DNA of 64,000 bases, from contig NC_045696.1 of assembly GCF_009834535.1 (NCBI RefSeq), positions 3,722,001-3,786,000 of the forward strand, in the 5' to 3' direction. Below the pieces are notes generated by a model that did no database searches, had not been told where the DNA came from, and saw only the letters and a program-made list of their open reading frames with translations. The position numbers were made by a program, and so were the translations under genes. The first letter of the stretch is position 1. Every line of letters starts with the position of its first letter. This DNA comes from Camelus ferus. Taxonomy: Eukaryota. Positions 38,521 to 51,083 of this stretch are shown here, piece after piece.

Positions 38521-38859
38521 AGGTATTGGCACCACAGACCAGTGAAAAGTGAATCAAAATCTCTTGCCAAAATGACCCCCAACCTACGCAAGCAACTCAC
38601 ATTTCAAAACCCCAGAACGGCTGAAGGACTGGAGGCACCAAAGATCTCTGAAGGCTGGAGTGAGGGGTTGGTTGAACAGGGTAGCGGTGAAACGGTGGAC
38701 GAAGTCAGAAGAAACCCTTAGACCCTAGGGTCTCCCCCCTCATCCCACTGAGGCAGACACTCTCTTGCCCCCGCCGAAGAGAAGTGAGGGATGTGTACAC
38801 TGCAGAGAAGTTACACCAGACAGCCTCGGACTTGGTGACTCGGGGAAGAGCAGGAAGAA

Positions 38860-40030
38860 GAGAAAGTTATCTAACAAATAATACAAAAAAATTTTACTGG
38901 AACTGTAAGACGTGACTTCCCGGTTGAACGAGTGAATCCAGATGCCAAACAAAACTTGAAAAAAAGGCACATCATCTTGAAATTCCAAAACATAGGGGAT
39001 TTAAAAATCCTAAATATTTGTGTAAGAAAAACAGTGGGATGAATTCGAAGATCAGTATTTCTCAAGAGTAATCTTGTAAAGCAGAAAATAATGGAGCAAT
39101 GCCTTCAAAATCCTAAGAAGAAAGTTTTTATCTAGGATTCTTTATACAAACCATCAGTCAAAAGGTAGAATAAAGGTGTTTGAAAATATATAAGATCTGT
39201 AAGATTTAAAAATTGTCCCTCACATGCATCCTTTCTCAGAAAGCTACTGGAGGGTGTGCTTCATCTGAACAAGAAAGTAAACCCAGGAAGAGAAACATGT
39301 GGGACATAGGACACACTATGTAGCACAGAAAAATGCAGAGAGTCTCACTAAAGTTGAAGGGAGCTCTCAGGAGGGCAGCTGTGCCACAAGCCAAGGGGTC
39401 AGCCAGTCCAGACACAAACGGGAGGGCAGAGAGCTCCAGAAAGGACAGCTCCCCTGGAAAAGCAAACATCAAGACAAAATGAAAAAAAGAATGGTTACCT
39501 GATGCGTGTGACTTTGCTGAGAGGAGTTTTTCAGCATTGCTCGATAACTCTGGGGAGTAAATGGTTACTAGTATATAGAAAATTAAGTATATGAAGAAAT
39601 GACACAATAGTTAACTCCAGGAAAAACCAAAGTTGCACAAGAAAAGAAAACGTAATCCTAATGCCCTAAGTGGCTTAGTTGTGACATTTGTGGAGTCATA
39701 ATAATGCCAACCCTGAACATTGTATTGGCCAAACGTTGTTTTGGTTGTGATATAAGAAAACTGTGAAGGTGGTGGGTAGGATGGGAGAAGCTGAGAGTGT
39801 GCGGGGTGGGTGGCGGTGTCCGTGAGCTAAAACTGGAAAACAAGAAACAATATAGTAATCATGTTCATTAAAAATGTGGAGGTAAAGGTAAAAAAAACCA
39901 GAGACTTGAAATTAACTCAAGGGGAAGGGGATTGAAGGCGGGAAGGGGTGTGGTGCGAGCCTTGCAACACTATTTGCCTTTTAAGCAATGTTATAAAATT
40001 AATTAAAAAGGAAGAAATAATAATCTTAAT
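38860..40030 (+). mobile_element. HAL1 (half-L1) remnant
   Basis: ORF1-type aatggagcaatgccttcaaaatcct followed by catgcatcctttctcagaaagctactggagggtgtgct, as in the recalled HAL1 consensus. Confidence 0.65.
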
Positions 40031-40712
40031 AAAAATGACAGACTCTCCTCTCAGGAAACAATCAGAACAAGCACACCCAGACACTCCGTCTGCGCTGGTT
40101 TTAGTAACCCAAACCCAGAGGTGTGCGCCTCAAGACAGGCACCCTCGGTCGCCGGAGAGTCTCCGGCGGCTCCTCCAGGGGCCCTGGCCGCCGAGCCGGC
40201 TGGAGTCTGAGCACAGGCAGCCGTGACCAAGCCCCGAGCCACCCCTGTGTCTGGCAGGTTTACGGGTTAGTGCAGGCGGATTTACTGCTGTGCAGCCAGC
40301 CGCCCATTAGCAAAGGAGGGCTTCCGACACGCCGAACTGGCAACACGGCAGGGAAGATGGGAACTGTGCACCTAAGTCCTCTCCTTCCCCTGCTGTCCTC
40401 GTCAGAGTCTTTTTGTTTTCCTTCCCAGTGGAACCCAGATGCTGGTGTGTAAGCAGCAAAGGGAGCTCGGGAGCTTCTCCAGCCAGACCGCGGTTTCCAG
40501 TCCTGTCCTGACACTCCAACGAGCCTCCTTTGGGTGTGGGTGGGGGAGTCTCCTGCAGCCGGGCCCCCGGGGAGATTCCTCGGGTCCCTGCTGCCCCAGG
40601 GGAGAGCGTGGAGGGGAGGGGTGGCAGGCCTCTCTGACAAGGTCACATCTGAGAGAGTCACATCTGATTTTGTGTCCAATGCCGAGAAATCAGAGCTGAG
40701 CTCTCTAACTTG

Positions 40713-41183
40713 TGTATTAGGCTCCTGTGGCTGTCGTAACAAATTACACAAACTGGGTGGTTTACACAGAAGAAGTGTGTGTTTTCACAGGGCTGGAGGC
40801 CAGAAGTTAGAAATCAAGGTGTCTGTAGGGCTGGTTTCACCGCGTGGCTCCTGAGGAGGGTCCTTCCAGGCCTGCCCCCCGGCTTTGGGCGCTGGTGATC
40901 TTCCTTGGTGTGTAGACCGCTCACTGCGGGCTCTGCCTCCGTCTTCACGTGCTGTCCTCCTCTTGTGTCTCATCACGTGGCCCTCCCTCTGTCTGTGTCC
41001 AAGTTTCTTTTTCCCTATAAGAACACCAGTCATGCTGGGCTGAGGGCCCATCCGAATCCAGTATGACCTCATCTTAACTTGATGACATCTGCAAAGACCC
41101 CACTTCCAAATAACGTCACAGTCCTGGGTTCTGGGGGTTAGGAGCCAGACGTATATTTTAAGGGGGCACAATTCTACACCCTC
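40713..41183 (-). mobile_element. MLT1B/C (MaLR) solo LTR
   Basis: tgtattaggctcctgtggctgtcgtaacaaattacac...ggaggccagaag...catctgcaaagaccccacttccaaataa. Confidence 0.85.
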
Positions 41184-42519
41184 GTGGCTGGCTCCACCGT
41201 CACGGCTGCTCAGGACCCTGAAAAACCCCTTCTTCAACATGCTGACCCTGGAAGCTACACTCCTATCATTATCCCTCTTCCCTTGTCACCAGACTTCTTG
41301 AAAACGTTCTTTCCATCTGCTTTCCCATCGGCACCATCCACCCAGCCCTCACTCGGCGGCCCAGCCCTCCTGTGGATGGCTCTCTCCTTGGGGGCAGTGA
41401 CCTCTGCGGGGCTCACCCGGGGGTGGAACAGGCCGCCAAGCACCTGACTTAAGTCACCCAGTGCAGACGGGTTCTTCCAGAGTCGCTGTTTGGGGTGGGG
41501 GTTCGCACTGGGCCAGCTGTCACCGCCGTTCTCCAGAGAAGGCCTGGAGGCTCTGCATCGGAGCTTTGCTTCCAGAACCAGCTCGAGCCCTACACAGGCG
41601 CCCACCGCGCTCACTGCCAAAGAGCTCCACCTTTGTCTTAACTCGCAGAGAGACCATCTCGCAGGTTCACCCACTTCCTTCGGTTCCAAACAGCTTTTGT
41701 CTCCTTCCAAAGTCCACGCACCCTCCAAGGTCAGAGGTCAAGCCGATGCGCTAGAGACCGGGAGGGGCTTCCTGACAGAAGGACTGATGCTGGGCGAGCC
41801 ACCTGACCTTTTGAAAGCTCAGCTTTCTATTCTGGAAAGTGGGGGTGGTGGGGTTTCCTCACGGGGTGACGGTGGGAGTTAAATGAAACACACAAGCAGA
41901 ATTCTCAGGCCGAGTGCACGGCCTATAATAGGAGCTCCGTGCACGGTGACTGCAGTTACTCACTGAATGCAGTTGTCCCACAAGCGGCGGCCTCCCGGGG
42001 CGCCCCTGCGTGCGGGCCGGGTCAGCGTGCGAGCTGACTAGCACACCTGCGTGACTCATCTCCCGCAGGGGCTATTCCGGGGCCGGGCAGCTCCTCCCTG
42101 GACTGTGACAACGGGCTTCCCGGGGACAGTGAAGACAAACAGGTTGACACTGTCAGCCAGGCTCCACCAGGGCTTTCTGGGGGGGCCTGTGGGGAGCCGG
42201 GCAGTTGGCAGGACGTGGGCCGCCCACAGCTCCCAGGACAAGGGGTCAGGTCGACTGAAAGCTTAGAACTTGGAACTGGAGGGCCTGGGCTGGGCAGCGA
42301 GGGGGCAGCCAGGTGACACCACGGGCCTACTCTGCCCTCCTCCCCCTCCCACACTTAGGGTTGTGCCCGGAGGGAGCCCCGCTGAGCTCCACCTCTGTCA
42401 CCTCCCACCCACGTGCTCTCTGCTCCTGAAGACACGTGGCTGGACATTCACTCGGCGGGGGTGGGAGGGGTGGGGGGGTCACTGTTTGGTGCATCATTCC
42501 TGCTGTAACTGCTTTCTTG

Positions 42520-43090
42520 GTTTAACTCTGGGAAAGTACATATAACATAAAATGTACAATTTTAACCATTTTTAAGTGTCAGGGGCTTTAAGTCTGTTCA
42601 CATTGTTGTGCAACCACCACCACCGTTCGTTTCCAGAACCTTTTTATCTTTCCAACCTGAAATTCTGCCCCATTAAACTTTCACTTCGCATCCCTCTGTC
42701 CCAGCCCCTGAAACCCAGCATTCTACTTTCGGTTTGTGTGAATCCAGCTCCTCTAGGGACCTCATGTAAGTGGAATCATACAGCATTTGTCCTCTTATGC
42801 CTAGCTTTTGAGCATCATGCCCTCAAGGCTTGTCCACGTTGTAGCAGGTGTCAGAATGGCTGAGTGCCGTTGCATTGCGTGGCTGGACCGAGTTTTGCTT
42901 TTTCATTTATCCACCTGTGGGCACCTGAGGGGCTTCCACCTTTGGCTAGTGTGAGTGACGCTGCTGTGAACACGAGGCGTGCTGTGTGAGTTCCTGTTTT
43001 CAGTTCTTCTGAGGACATGCCCAAAAGCAGAGTTGCTAGGTCACACGGTAATTCCATGCTTAAGTTTCTGAGGACTCGTGAATGTTGCAT
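42520..43090 (-). mobile_element. L1MB-like 3' end
   Basis: acataaaatgtacaattttaaccatttttaagtg...tcacattgttgtgcaaccaccacc...aagtggaatcatacagcatttgtcc. Confidence 0.8.
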
Positions 43091-43194
43091 TCTGTAGCAG
43101 GGGTTTAAATATGCAGTGTCAAAAGTAAGACACGTCGGGAAGAATGGAAAAAGGGCCCGGGTCCTGCCAGCCCAGACTGACTGGGGTGGGAATG

Positions 43195-43670
43195 CTGACT
43201 CTCCATAATCACAGCCAAATCACTTCACTTTCCTGAGCCTCAATTTCCTCATCTGTAAAATGGGAGTGATCCCATCCACCTCAGGTCACGTGGGCTTTTG
43301 AGAAATTTTAACTTGATTAGGAAAGGCGGAAATGCTAGTGGCTTAGAGCCACGGTCAGGAAGCCACGTCCTGCACCTGTTTTTGTGCTGCCTAAGAGCCA
43401 GGATAGTTTTCACGTTTTTTAAGAGTTGTGAAAAAAAAAAAAAAAAAGCAAAAGAACAAGTGACAAAGTCTGCACGTGGCCTGCGGAGCCCCGTGCACTT
43501 GCTCTCCAGGCCATTTTAGGGAAAAGCTTGTGATGCTTTGTTTAGGGGAGGGGCTCTGACATCAGAGGACAAGGACTAAGTCACGTAACCTTGACCAAGT
43601 CCCTCTGTCCGTCTGACCCTCGGCCTCCTCATCTGTAGAGTGGGGTAACAATGCCTGAGGCTCGTTGTCT
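43195..43670. mobile_element. MIR fragments flanking a MER58-like hAT-Charlie MITE (~43340-43535)
   Basis: MIR core ctgagcctcaatttcctcatctgtaaaatggg and cctcctcatctgtagagtgggg; the middle segment resembles MER58. Confidence 0.6.
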
Positions 43671-45856
43671 AAGCTCCGACAAGTCTCTGCTGCACACGGC
43701 CAGGCCTTGCCCCTTCCAGCATGTTCTGCATCTCTCGTCTCCTGCTTTCTGTGTGGTCTGCCTCCCCAGCTAGGATGGAAGGCTCACGGGCAGGGATGTG
43801 GAGACGCTTTGTTTGCTGCTGGCTCTCTTCCCTTTGCAGTAGATATTTGTGGAGATAGTTCAGACCCCAGAGGGAGATATGAGAAGGGAATGAGTTAGCA
43901 CATGAAAGACATTGAGATGGTGCTGAGACAGGTGAGGGCCCAGGGTGGAGTCAGCCCCAGCTGGCAGCCCCGGATATGCTGGGGGCTCTTCCTACAGTGC
44001 AGGTGCTTGGGGTTGCGTCCCCGTCCGGTGCCGCCTCTGCCCAGCACAGCTTGGTGGATAAAATAGCAGAAGCACACTGGAAAAGGCCAGGTGCTTCCCG
44101 GAGCACCTGGGGTGTGGTGCCAGCAGGGCTGCAGACCAGCTCTGTCATCCAAGGCAAACATGGTCAGCTCCCTGGGGACCTGCCAGACGGGTCGCCACAC
44201 CTTCTTGAGCAAAGGCGGCGAAATGACAGGTCCTGTTTGCTGCAATGTCTTTAGGGAACTGAAGCCAGCCCCTGCAGCCACCCAGCTCTGCCAGCTTGAC
44301 AAGTGTCCCTGCTCCGCTCTCTCATGTGACCCCGGTGATAACCTACGGGAAGGCATCGTCCCATTTTACAGAGGAAGGCACTGAGGTTCTTGGAGCCGAA
44401 ATGCCTCCCTCAAGCTCATGGTTACTACATCACTTTGCCAGAAATTGACCTTGAGATGGTATGCCGTGGGGCCTTCTGCTGTGCAGAGAGTGGGTGAATT
44501 GAAGATGCACATAAGGAAGGGGGCATTAGAATCACTGACCTTCTGGAGAGGAGGCAGGAAGACAGACCATCTCCCCTGAGAGAACCCAGGATGCAGCCAG
44601 TGGTCCTCAGGGCAAGGCCCGTGGCAGCGGGGGCTGGGGGTAGGGGGCGCTTGACCTCAAGCTGCGGACACAGGCTTGGCTCACATACCCCGCAGCAGAA
44701 AACCTGGAGGACTGCGTGCTCTGACTTGCAGAAGATCCTTCTCCTGCCTCTGAAGACGGCTTCCCCGGGGACAGAAGGCTTAGATGTCAAGCCCAAAGAC
44801 AATGAGATCTCTGAATCTTCAGGGCCTCTCATCTTGGCCTCTGGGGCTGACTCAGCCTCACGGATGTGCTGGCCTGATTTTTTTCACACAGCCTGTGTTC
44901 ATTTTTGATGGTTCTCTCCTTGCCGCCACGCTCCCAGCACAAACAAAGGCAGCCGGGCTTGGAGGCAGGGGAGGGTGGAAGGGGAGGTGGCCCGGAAAGA
45001 GGGCGGTGGAGGGCAGGTATGCGTGGCTTTGTTGACAGATAAGTGAACTGATGTCATGGAACAGGTGTCTCCTCCAGCAGGAAATGCAGGTCGGGTGACA
45101 TACTTGAAGTTCAAGAACAATTACAGGCAAGCAATCCGCTAAGACCGCCTAACAGGACAGCTCCTGGGTTCCCAGGGCGTCAGAGGATGGGAGTCAGAGG
45201 CCGATCTGTGTGGTTTGGAGAACCCGTCCCTGTCCCTTCCAACAGAGGCGGAAAAGGAGAGAACCACCATCACGCTTGTAGCATCATCATGCTCAGGCCA
45301 CGTACCAACCAACGCATGGAAACCTCAGCCTCTCCCCTCGGCCCCCTGGTTAAGCAAGTAAGATGGTCATTCCGATCCTTTTGCAGATGAGGAATTCTAA
45401 ACACGCAAGAATTTGTGGGAAAAGTCAAGCGGCCGGGGAGCCATGGAGTAAAAAAAGGGCTGGCTGGCTAGGTCACACAGCCCCACCCTCAAATGAGTTT
45501 CCAGCTAAATTCGCCCTGGAGGACACAACATACCTTGCAAATTGGTAACTTGGAAAGCTAGGAAAGAACCTGCTTTTTTGTTTCGTTTTGTTTTGTTTTT
45601 AAAAAAAACTGGTGTTTCCTGGCCTGGCCTATGGGTCCAGCATTGACTCAGTCCCACAGGTGCGTTAGTTATCTCAGCCCATCTGCCCCCATCACCCCAA
45701 GCCCGGGGCGTCAGTGGCTCCATTGAGAGAAGAGGACACAGAGGACTGAGGAGACATTTGTTCACGTGGGCATTTCGAGGTAGAGAGGTGACCTTGCATG
45801 GGCTCTGTGTGACTCCGAAGTTGCTCTGTGTTTGGAGAAGTTGAAATATGGGCGAC

Positions 45857-45975
45857 TTCTTTTCTTCGGGGGGCAGGTAATTAGGTTTATTTGTTTATAG
45901 AGGAGGCACTGGGGGGTGAACCCAGGACCGCATTCCTGCTAGGCATGCGCTCTACAGCTGAGCTGTACCCTCCCC
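45857..45975 (-). mobile_element. vic-1-type SINE
   Basis: Reverse complement reads ggggagggtacagctcagctgtagagcgcatgcctagc...ctgggttcacccccc...aaataaacctaattacc. Confidence 0.88.
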
Positions 45976-48152
45976 ACGGCCCCCCCGAATGTGGGAGATT
46001 TCTGATTTGCCTTTGGGTCCTGAGACCCGGCTCTGGCTGAAAGGTGGGGTGACAGCGGTCACGACTGTGCCACGTCTTGGAGGTTCGTCCTCAGCCCAAG
46101 AGCTGCTGCAAGTCTCAGAACCGTGGACTCACTGTCTGCTGAGAGGCTTCAGGGTGCGGCCTGAGGTCACACCCGTGCATGACTGGCCTGGCCATGGCTC
46201 ACCCCTGCTCGAGGGGCTGGTCGGCTACAGGAGCTCTAGGTCCCCCTCAGGCCACCTCGAAGGAAGCCCAGACAGGGGCCTTCGTGCTTGGGGAACCCGG
46301 GCTACCTGGGAAGTGAAGGGAAGGCCCCGGTAGGACCAGGCGTGCCACCCCTCCCTCTGCAGGAGTCCAAGGCCAGAGCGAGGCTTCCCCTGGAGAGAAG
46401 AGGAAGGGAGAGGTCGGAGGGGTTTTGATGAAAGAGAAAGGAGGGCTCTTCCTGGCGGACATCGAGGCCAACCGAGTCTGAGCCCCGTGGACAGAATGCA
46501 GACCACACGGTTCTTGCTGCACAGCCCCAGCACAGGGGCTCGGGGAGGCGGGAGGAAGGGGTGCTTCTGTGGAAATGCGCAGTCTTCTCCGAGGGCCTGG
46601 CTTGCTGCGCGCAGAGATGGGGCTCCGTCCCTCCCTCCCCCAGCCCTATGGGACCCCAATAGGTGGTTGGTTGTCAAATCCCAGACTTGTCTCTTAAATA
46701 CATCGCCAATCCGCCCTCTCCCCTCCACTCCTGTCCTCTCCTTGCTCCTGTCCAGGTGGGCCCCACCATCTCTATCTGGACCTTTGCTTTGGATGAACTG
46801 ATCCCCTCAGCTCTGACCCCTCCTTCATCCCGGCTCCATCCCGGGCTCAGATCTTCAAGCTTCCATCCCGGTTTACTCACTGGGAGGTTCTGAGTGAGCT
46901 CTGTACACAGAGAGCACTAAACACACACTGGCTGTTTTGGCTACTGCCCTTGTCTTTCCTACCACACTGGAGCCAATAAGCTATTTAAAAACATATCAAA
47001 AAAAAATTTTTTAAGGACTGTAAAAACAAAAAAAATCAAATCATGTCACCTTCTGCTTTTAAATCCACAAAGAATTATTCTCCAAATGATGTTGTAAAAG
47101 GGGTAGATGAGATCCCCTCTGACAATGTGAACCAAAATTGTCTGTGGATGTAAGAGATAAACAAAAGTATCAAAATGGTTTTTTTTTTTTAAGTTGGAGA
47201 GAAAAATGTTTAATTGACCTCAGTTCTGGAAAGGAATGGTTGGCTTAAAATTAATGGAAGGAATCATAAATGAAGACATCAGCATGTTTGTCTAAGATAA
47301 AAATCTCCTGGGATGAGCAATGTGAGCAAAAATGAATGGTTAATGTCGCAAAAATACAGCATAAATATGGGCAAAGTGTTGAGCTCCTTCACATACAGAA
47401 AAGCTTTTTATAAGTTAATATGAAAAATGTAGTCCACTAGAAAAACAGTCAAAAAGCATGCAATTTCAGCCTAGAATATTAAGGTCTAAGACCTGGTAAG
47501 GGTGATGTTCACGGAGCATTTGGGTTCCAGAGGCAAAGCTGAGCTATTTACATACGTGTCTTTATTTGAGCCTGTTTACTGATAAACATGGAGGCTTAGA
47601 GGGGCTATGGAATTGCCCCTAAGTCTCCAGGTTCTAATTGACAGAGCCAGGATTTGAGCCTATCTTGGACTCTGAAGCCCAAAGCACTATGCTATATAAA
47701 TTAAATTTTTCAATAAACTACTTTAAAAAAACCCTCAATTGCACTAACAAAGAAATGCAAATCAAAACAATGAAGAATCAGCCACCAAACCAGCATGCAT
47801 TTTTGAACCAGTGACTCACCCGTTCAGGTGAAGTCCAGGGTGGGGCAGGCAGGCACGTCTGCACATTGAGGTTGGTGCTGAAGTGTAAATTGTAAAGCTG
47901 TTTGGAAAGCAATTTTGAAATATGTAGGAAGAGCTTTACAAAGTGTTCCTACTCTCTGACCTAGAGATTTCATTTCTAGAAAACTATTGTAAGGAAGCAG
48001 AGATCAAAGTTAGTGAACAAAGACACTTATTACAGCAGTATGTATAACACAGATTTTTGGAAACTAGCCAGATACTTCCAAACCAAGGACCGAGGAAATA
48101 AATGATAGTGCACCACAGGGGGAATATTATGCACTCGTTAAAAAGCACATTT

Positions 48153-48479
48153 CCCACTTATATGTGGAATCTTAAAAAAAAAAGGACACAAATAAACTTA
48201 TTTACAAAATAGAGACAGACACAGACATAGAAAACAACAGTAAACTTATGCTTACCGGGGGGAAAGGAGTAGGGAGGGATAAACTGGGAGTTCAGGATTT
48301 ACAGGTACTAACTACCACATATAAAATAGATAAACAACAAGGTCCTACTGTACAGCACAGGGGGCTACAGGCAAGAGCTTGTAATGGCCTATAGGAATAT
48401 ACTTATGTGTAACTGAAACACCATGCCGCACACCAGAAGTTACAACAACGTGGTAAACTGCCTCCACTTCAATTTTAAA
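48153..48479 (+). mobile_element. Artiodactyl/camelid L1 3' end with perfect 13-bp TSD, inside older L1 remnants (~47090-48150)
   Basis: TSD aaaaagcacattt at 48140-48152 and 48480-48492; TT/AAAA endonuclease site. Confidence 0.9.
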
Positions 48480-49282
48480 AAAAAGCACATTTTTGAAGAC
48501 CATGGGAAGTGCCAGTAAAATCTTAGAGGCAGGGCACTTCCAGAGCCCTCAGGGACAGACGGAGTGAGCGGGGCCACACCCCTGACGGACGCAGGATGTC
48601 CATCCTGCGGGATGTGGTCTGTGCTCAGGTGAGCAGCCCAGTGAGCGTGGTTTCCGGTTTTCACCCTTCTCCAGTGGACCCAGTGTTTTACCCAGTCCAC
48701 TGAGAGAACTGGATGCCTTCTGAGAACAGCACAGGGGCCAAGGGAGTGCCAGGAGGTGTCCTTCCCACCCCAGACTGAGCCACCAAGAAGGAGAACAGAG
48801 ACTAATGTCACCTGCGGATGGTCAAACTACAAACCCCACACCTGTGTGGGCAGAGGTCGCGCTCCCTCACACAGGACAGCTCCCGCCTCCTAGGCAGCCT
48901 GGATGTGCCAGACAGCAGGTGTCAGCACATCCAAAAGAAGGTCGTTGCTGTCTGGAGGGCAGGCCTGGTCACCCCCAGGTGCGGAGGCAAGAGAAAGGAA
49001 GCGCTGGCCGGGCAGGGCCCTGCGAGCCCACCGGGGGCCTCCACTGTGGGAACGCGCAGCCCAGCTGCCCCCTGCCTTGCCCTCCCTGCCAGGGGGGCTC
49101 CCTGCTTTCTTCTGACAACTCGGCCTCGGGTGCCCAGCCTGACTGACAAGGCAGTGTGGGGGTTCCCCCCTGGGCTGCTGGACGCTTGTTTTTCTCATTC
49201 TAGAAGCAGATTTCTGATTTATGCCCCAGTCTCTTGTGGGTGTGTCTGGGCCGGGATCATCTTAATTTCTGCGTCAGAGCTT

Positions 49283-49390
49283 AGACCCATTTTGCAGATA
49301 AGGAATCAGAGGCTCTGAGAGGTAAACTAACCTGCCCCAGCTTGTCAGAGAAGCTGGAATTTGGGCCCAGGGAGTCGGAGCCCAGAGCCC
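49283..49390. mobile_element. MIR fragment
   Basis: cccattttgcagataaggaatcagaggctctgagaggtaaactaacctgccc. Confidence 0.7.
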
Positions 49391-50461
49391 ACCTCTCCAG
49401 CAGTATGGGCGAGTTGCCCACATCAGAGGAGGCCTGAGCTTCTGAGCAGGCCTGAGTGGCGGATACGAGCATCATGGGGAGTTTTCTGCTCGCAGGAGCT
49501 CGGAGTCTGGGATCTAGGCATGCAAGCAGGTCGTTTTCTAAGCTAGGGTCAGGGTGCAGTTACATAGACAGCTGTGGACACAGAACAGGGTGGGAGCGAG
49601 TGACCGGCATGACTATCGAGTTCCCAGAAGACGCCTCGCTGGGACGCCAGTGCTGGGAGTTTGCCGGGTGGACGCCTGCAGAAGGGTCCCCCCTGGCCAG
49701 GGGAGCTGCAAGGGCAAAGGCTTGGAGGTGTGAGATGCCCTGACGTCTGAGGGTCCCCGGCCGGGAGGTGGGGACAGAGTGATGTGGGACGAGGCTGGGG
49801 CCCGCCCCGGCTTGAGACCCATATGACGAGCCTGAACAGGGATGCGGGGGCTATGGGATCTGACTCATGTTCCAGAGAGTTCTCCAGCTGCTCTTGGGGG
49901 GAGGTTTCGAGGAGAGAGAGGGTGAAGGGAGAGAGACGGGCAGGAAAGCTCCTGTCTCAGCCTGGTGCCGTCACAAATGGAGGGGAGAACCAGGCGCCTA
50001 GGCGGGGCCCCCATCTCTCCGGTGGGGGGTCCACAAGGAAGCGGGGTGTGTGCAGGTGCCCCTCGGGGATAGTCAGCCGCCCACCTTGCACTGGACCCTG
50101 AGTCTGAGAGCAGAGACCCCTGGGAGGGACCCTGGCCTCCCTCTGGGCCCCCGGGCGCCGTGGGAAAGGCACAGGTCGGGACCCTCGCCTCCTCAGGCTG
50201 CCCTGGGCTCCTCACATACCTTTCCCCTTCCTCTCCCTCCTTTCAGCTCAGCATTTGTGCCGCACCAGGAACTGGCTCTTCTGGTTCTGCAAGTCCTGGT
50301 GATGGAAGCCTCGGGCCTGGGAGTCTAAATTTGACCTGGGGGAGCCAGCGCCCACAGCGAGGTCCTGGGCCAGAGCCAGGGTCCGCCTCACTCCAGCTCA
50401 GCGGCGGGAGGGTTTTGTGCCTTCTCCGTGTGCTTATTTATTTTATTTTATGTTTCATTTT

Positions 50462-51083
50462 TAAACTTGTATATATGTTTTTATTGAAGTATAGCTATTT
50501 TACAATGTTGTGTCAAGTTCTGGTGCACAGCACACTGCTTCAGTCGGACCTGAACATTCATATATTCGTTTTCATAAACTTTTTCACCGTAAGTTACTAC
50601 AAGATATTGAATATAGTTCCCTGTGCTGCACAGTAGAAACTTGTCCATCTATTTTATATGTATTCATATCTGCAAATATCAAACTCCTAACTTATCCCTC
50701 CCCATCCTCTTCCCCCCAGCTGTAACCATAAGTGTGTTTTCTATGTCTGTTAGTCTGTTTTTTGTTTTGTAAACAAGTTCATTTGTGTCTTTTTTTAGAT
50801 TCCACATGTGAGTGATACCATATGGTATTTTTCTTTCTCTTTCTGGCTTACTTCACTTACTATGATAATCTCCAGGTACATCCATGTTGCTGCAAATGAC
50901 ATTATTTCATTCTTTTTTGTGGTTGAGTAGTATCCCATTGCATACACATACCACAGCTTCTTTATCCAGTCCTCTGCTGATGGACGTTTAGGGGGCTTCC
51001 ATGTCTCAGGTATTGTAAACAGTGTGATGAACATTGGGGTGCATGCAGCTTTTTGAAGTAGAATTTCTACTGCATTTATGCCC
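50462..51083 (-). mobile_element. Artiodactyl/camelid L1 3' end
   Basis: ttttattgaagtatag...ttagattccacatgtgagtgatacc...catgttgctgcaaatgac. Confidence 0.88.
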
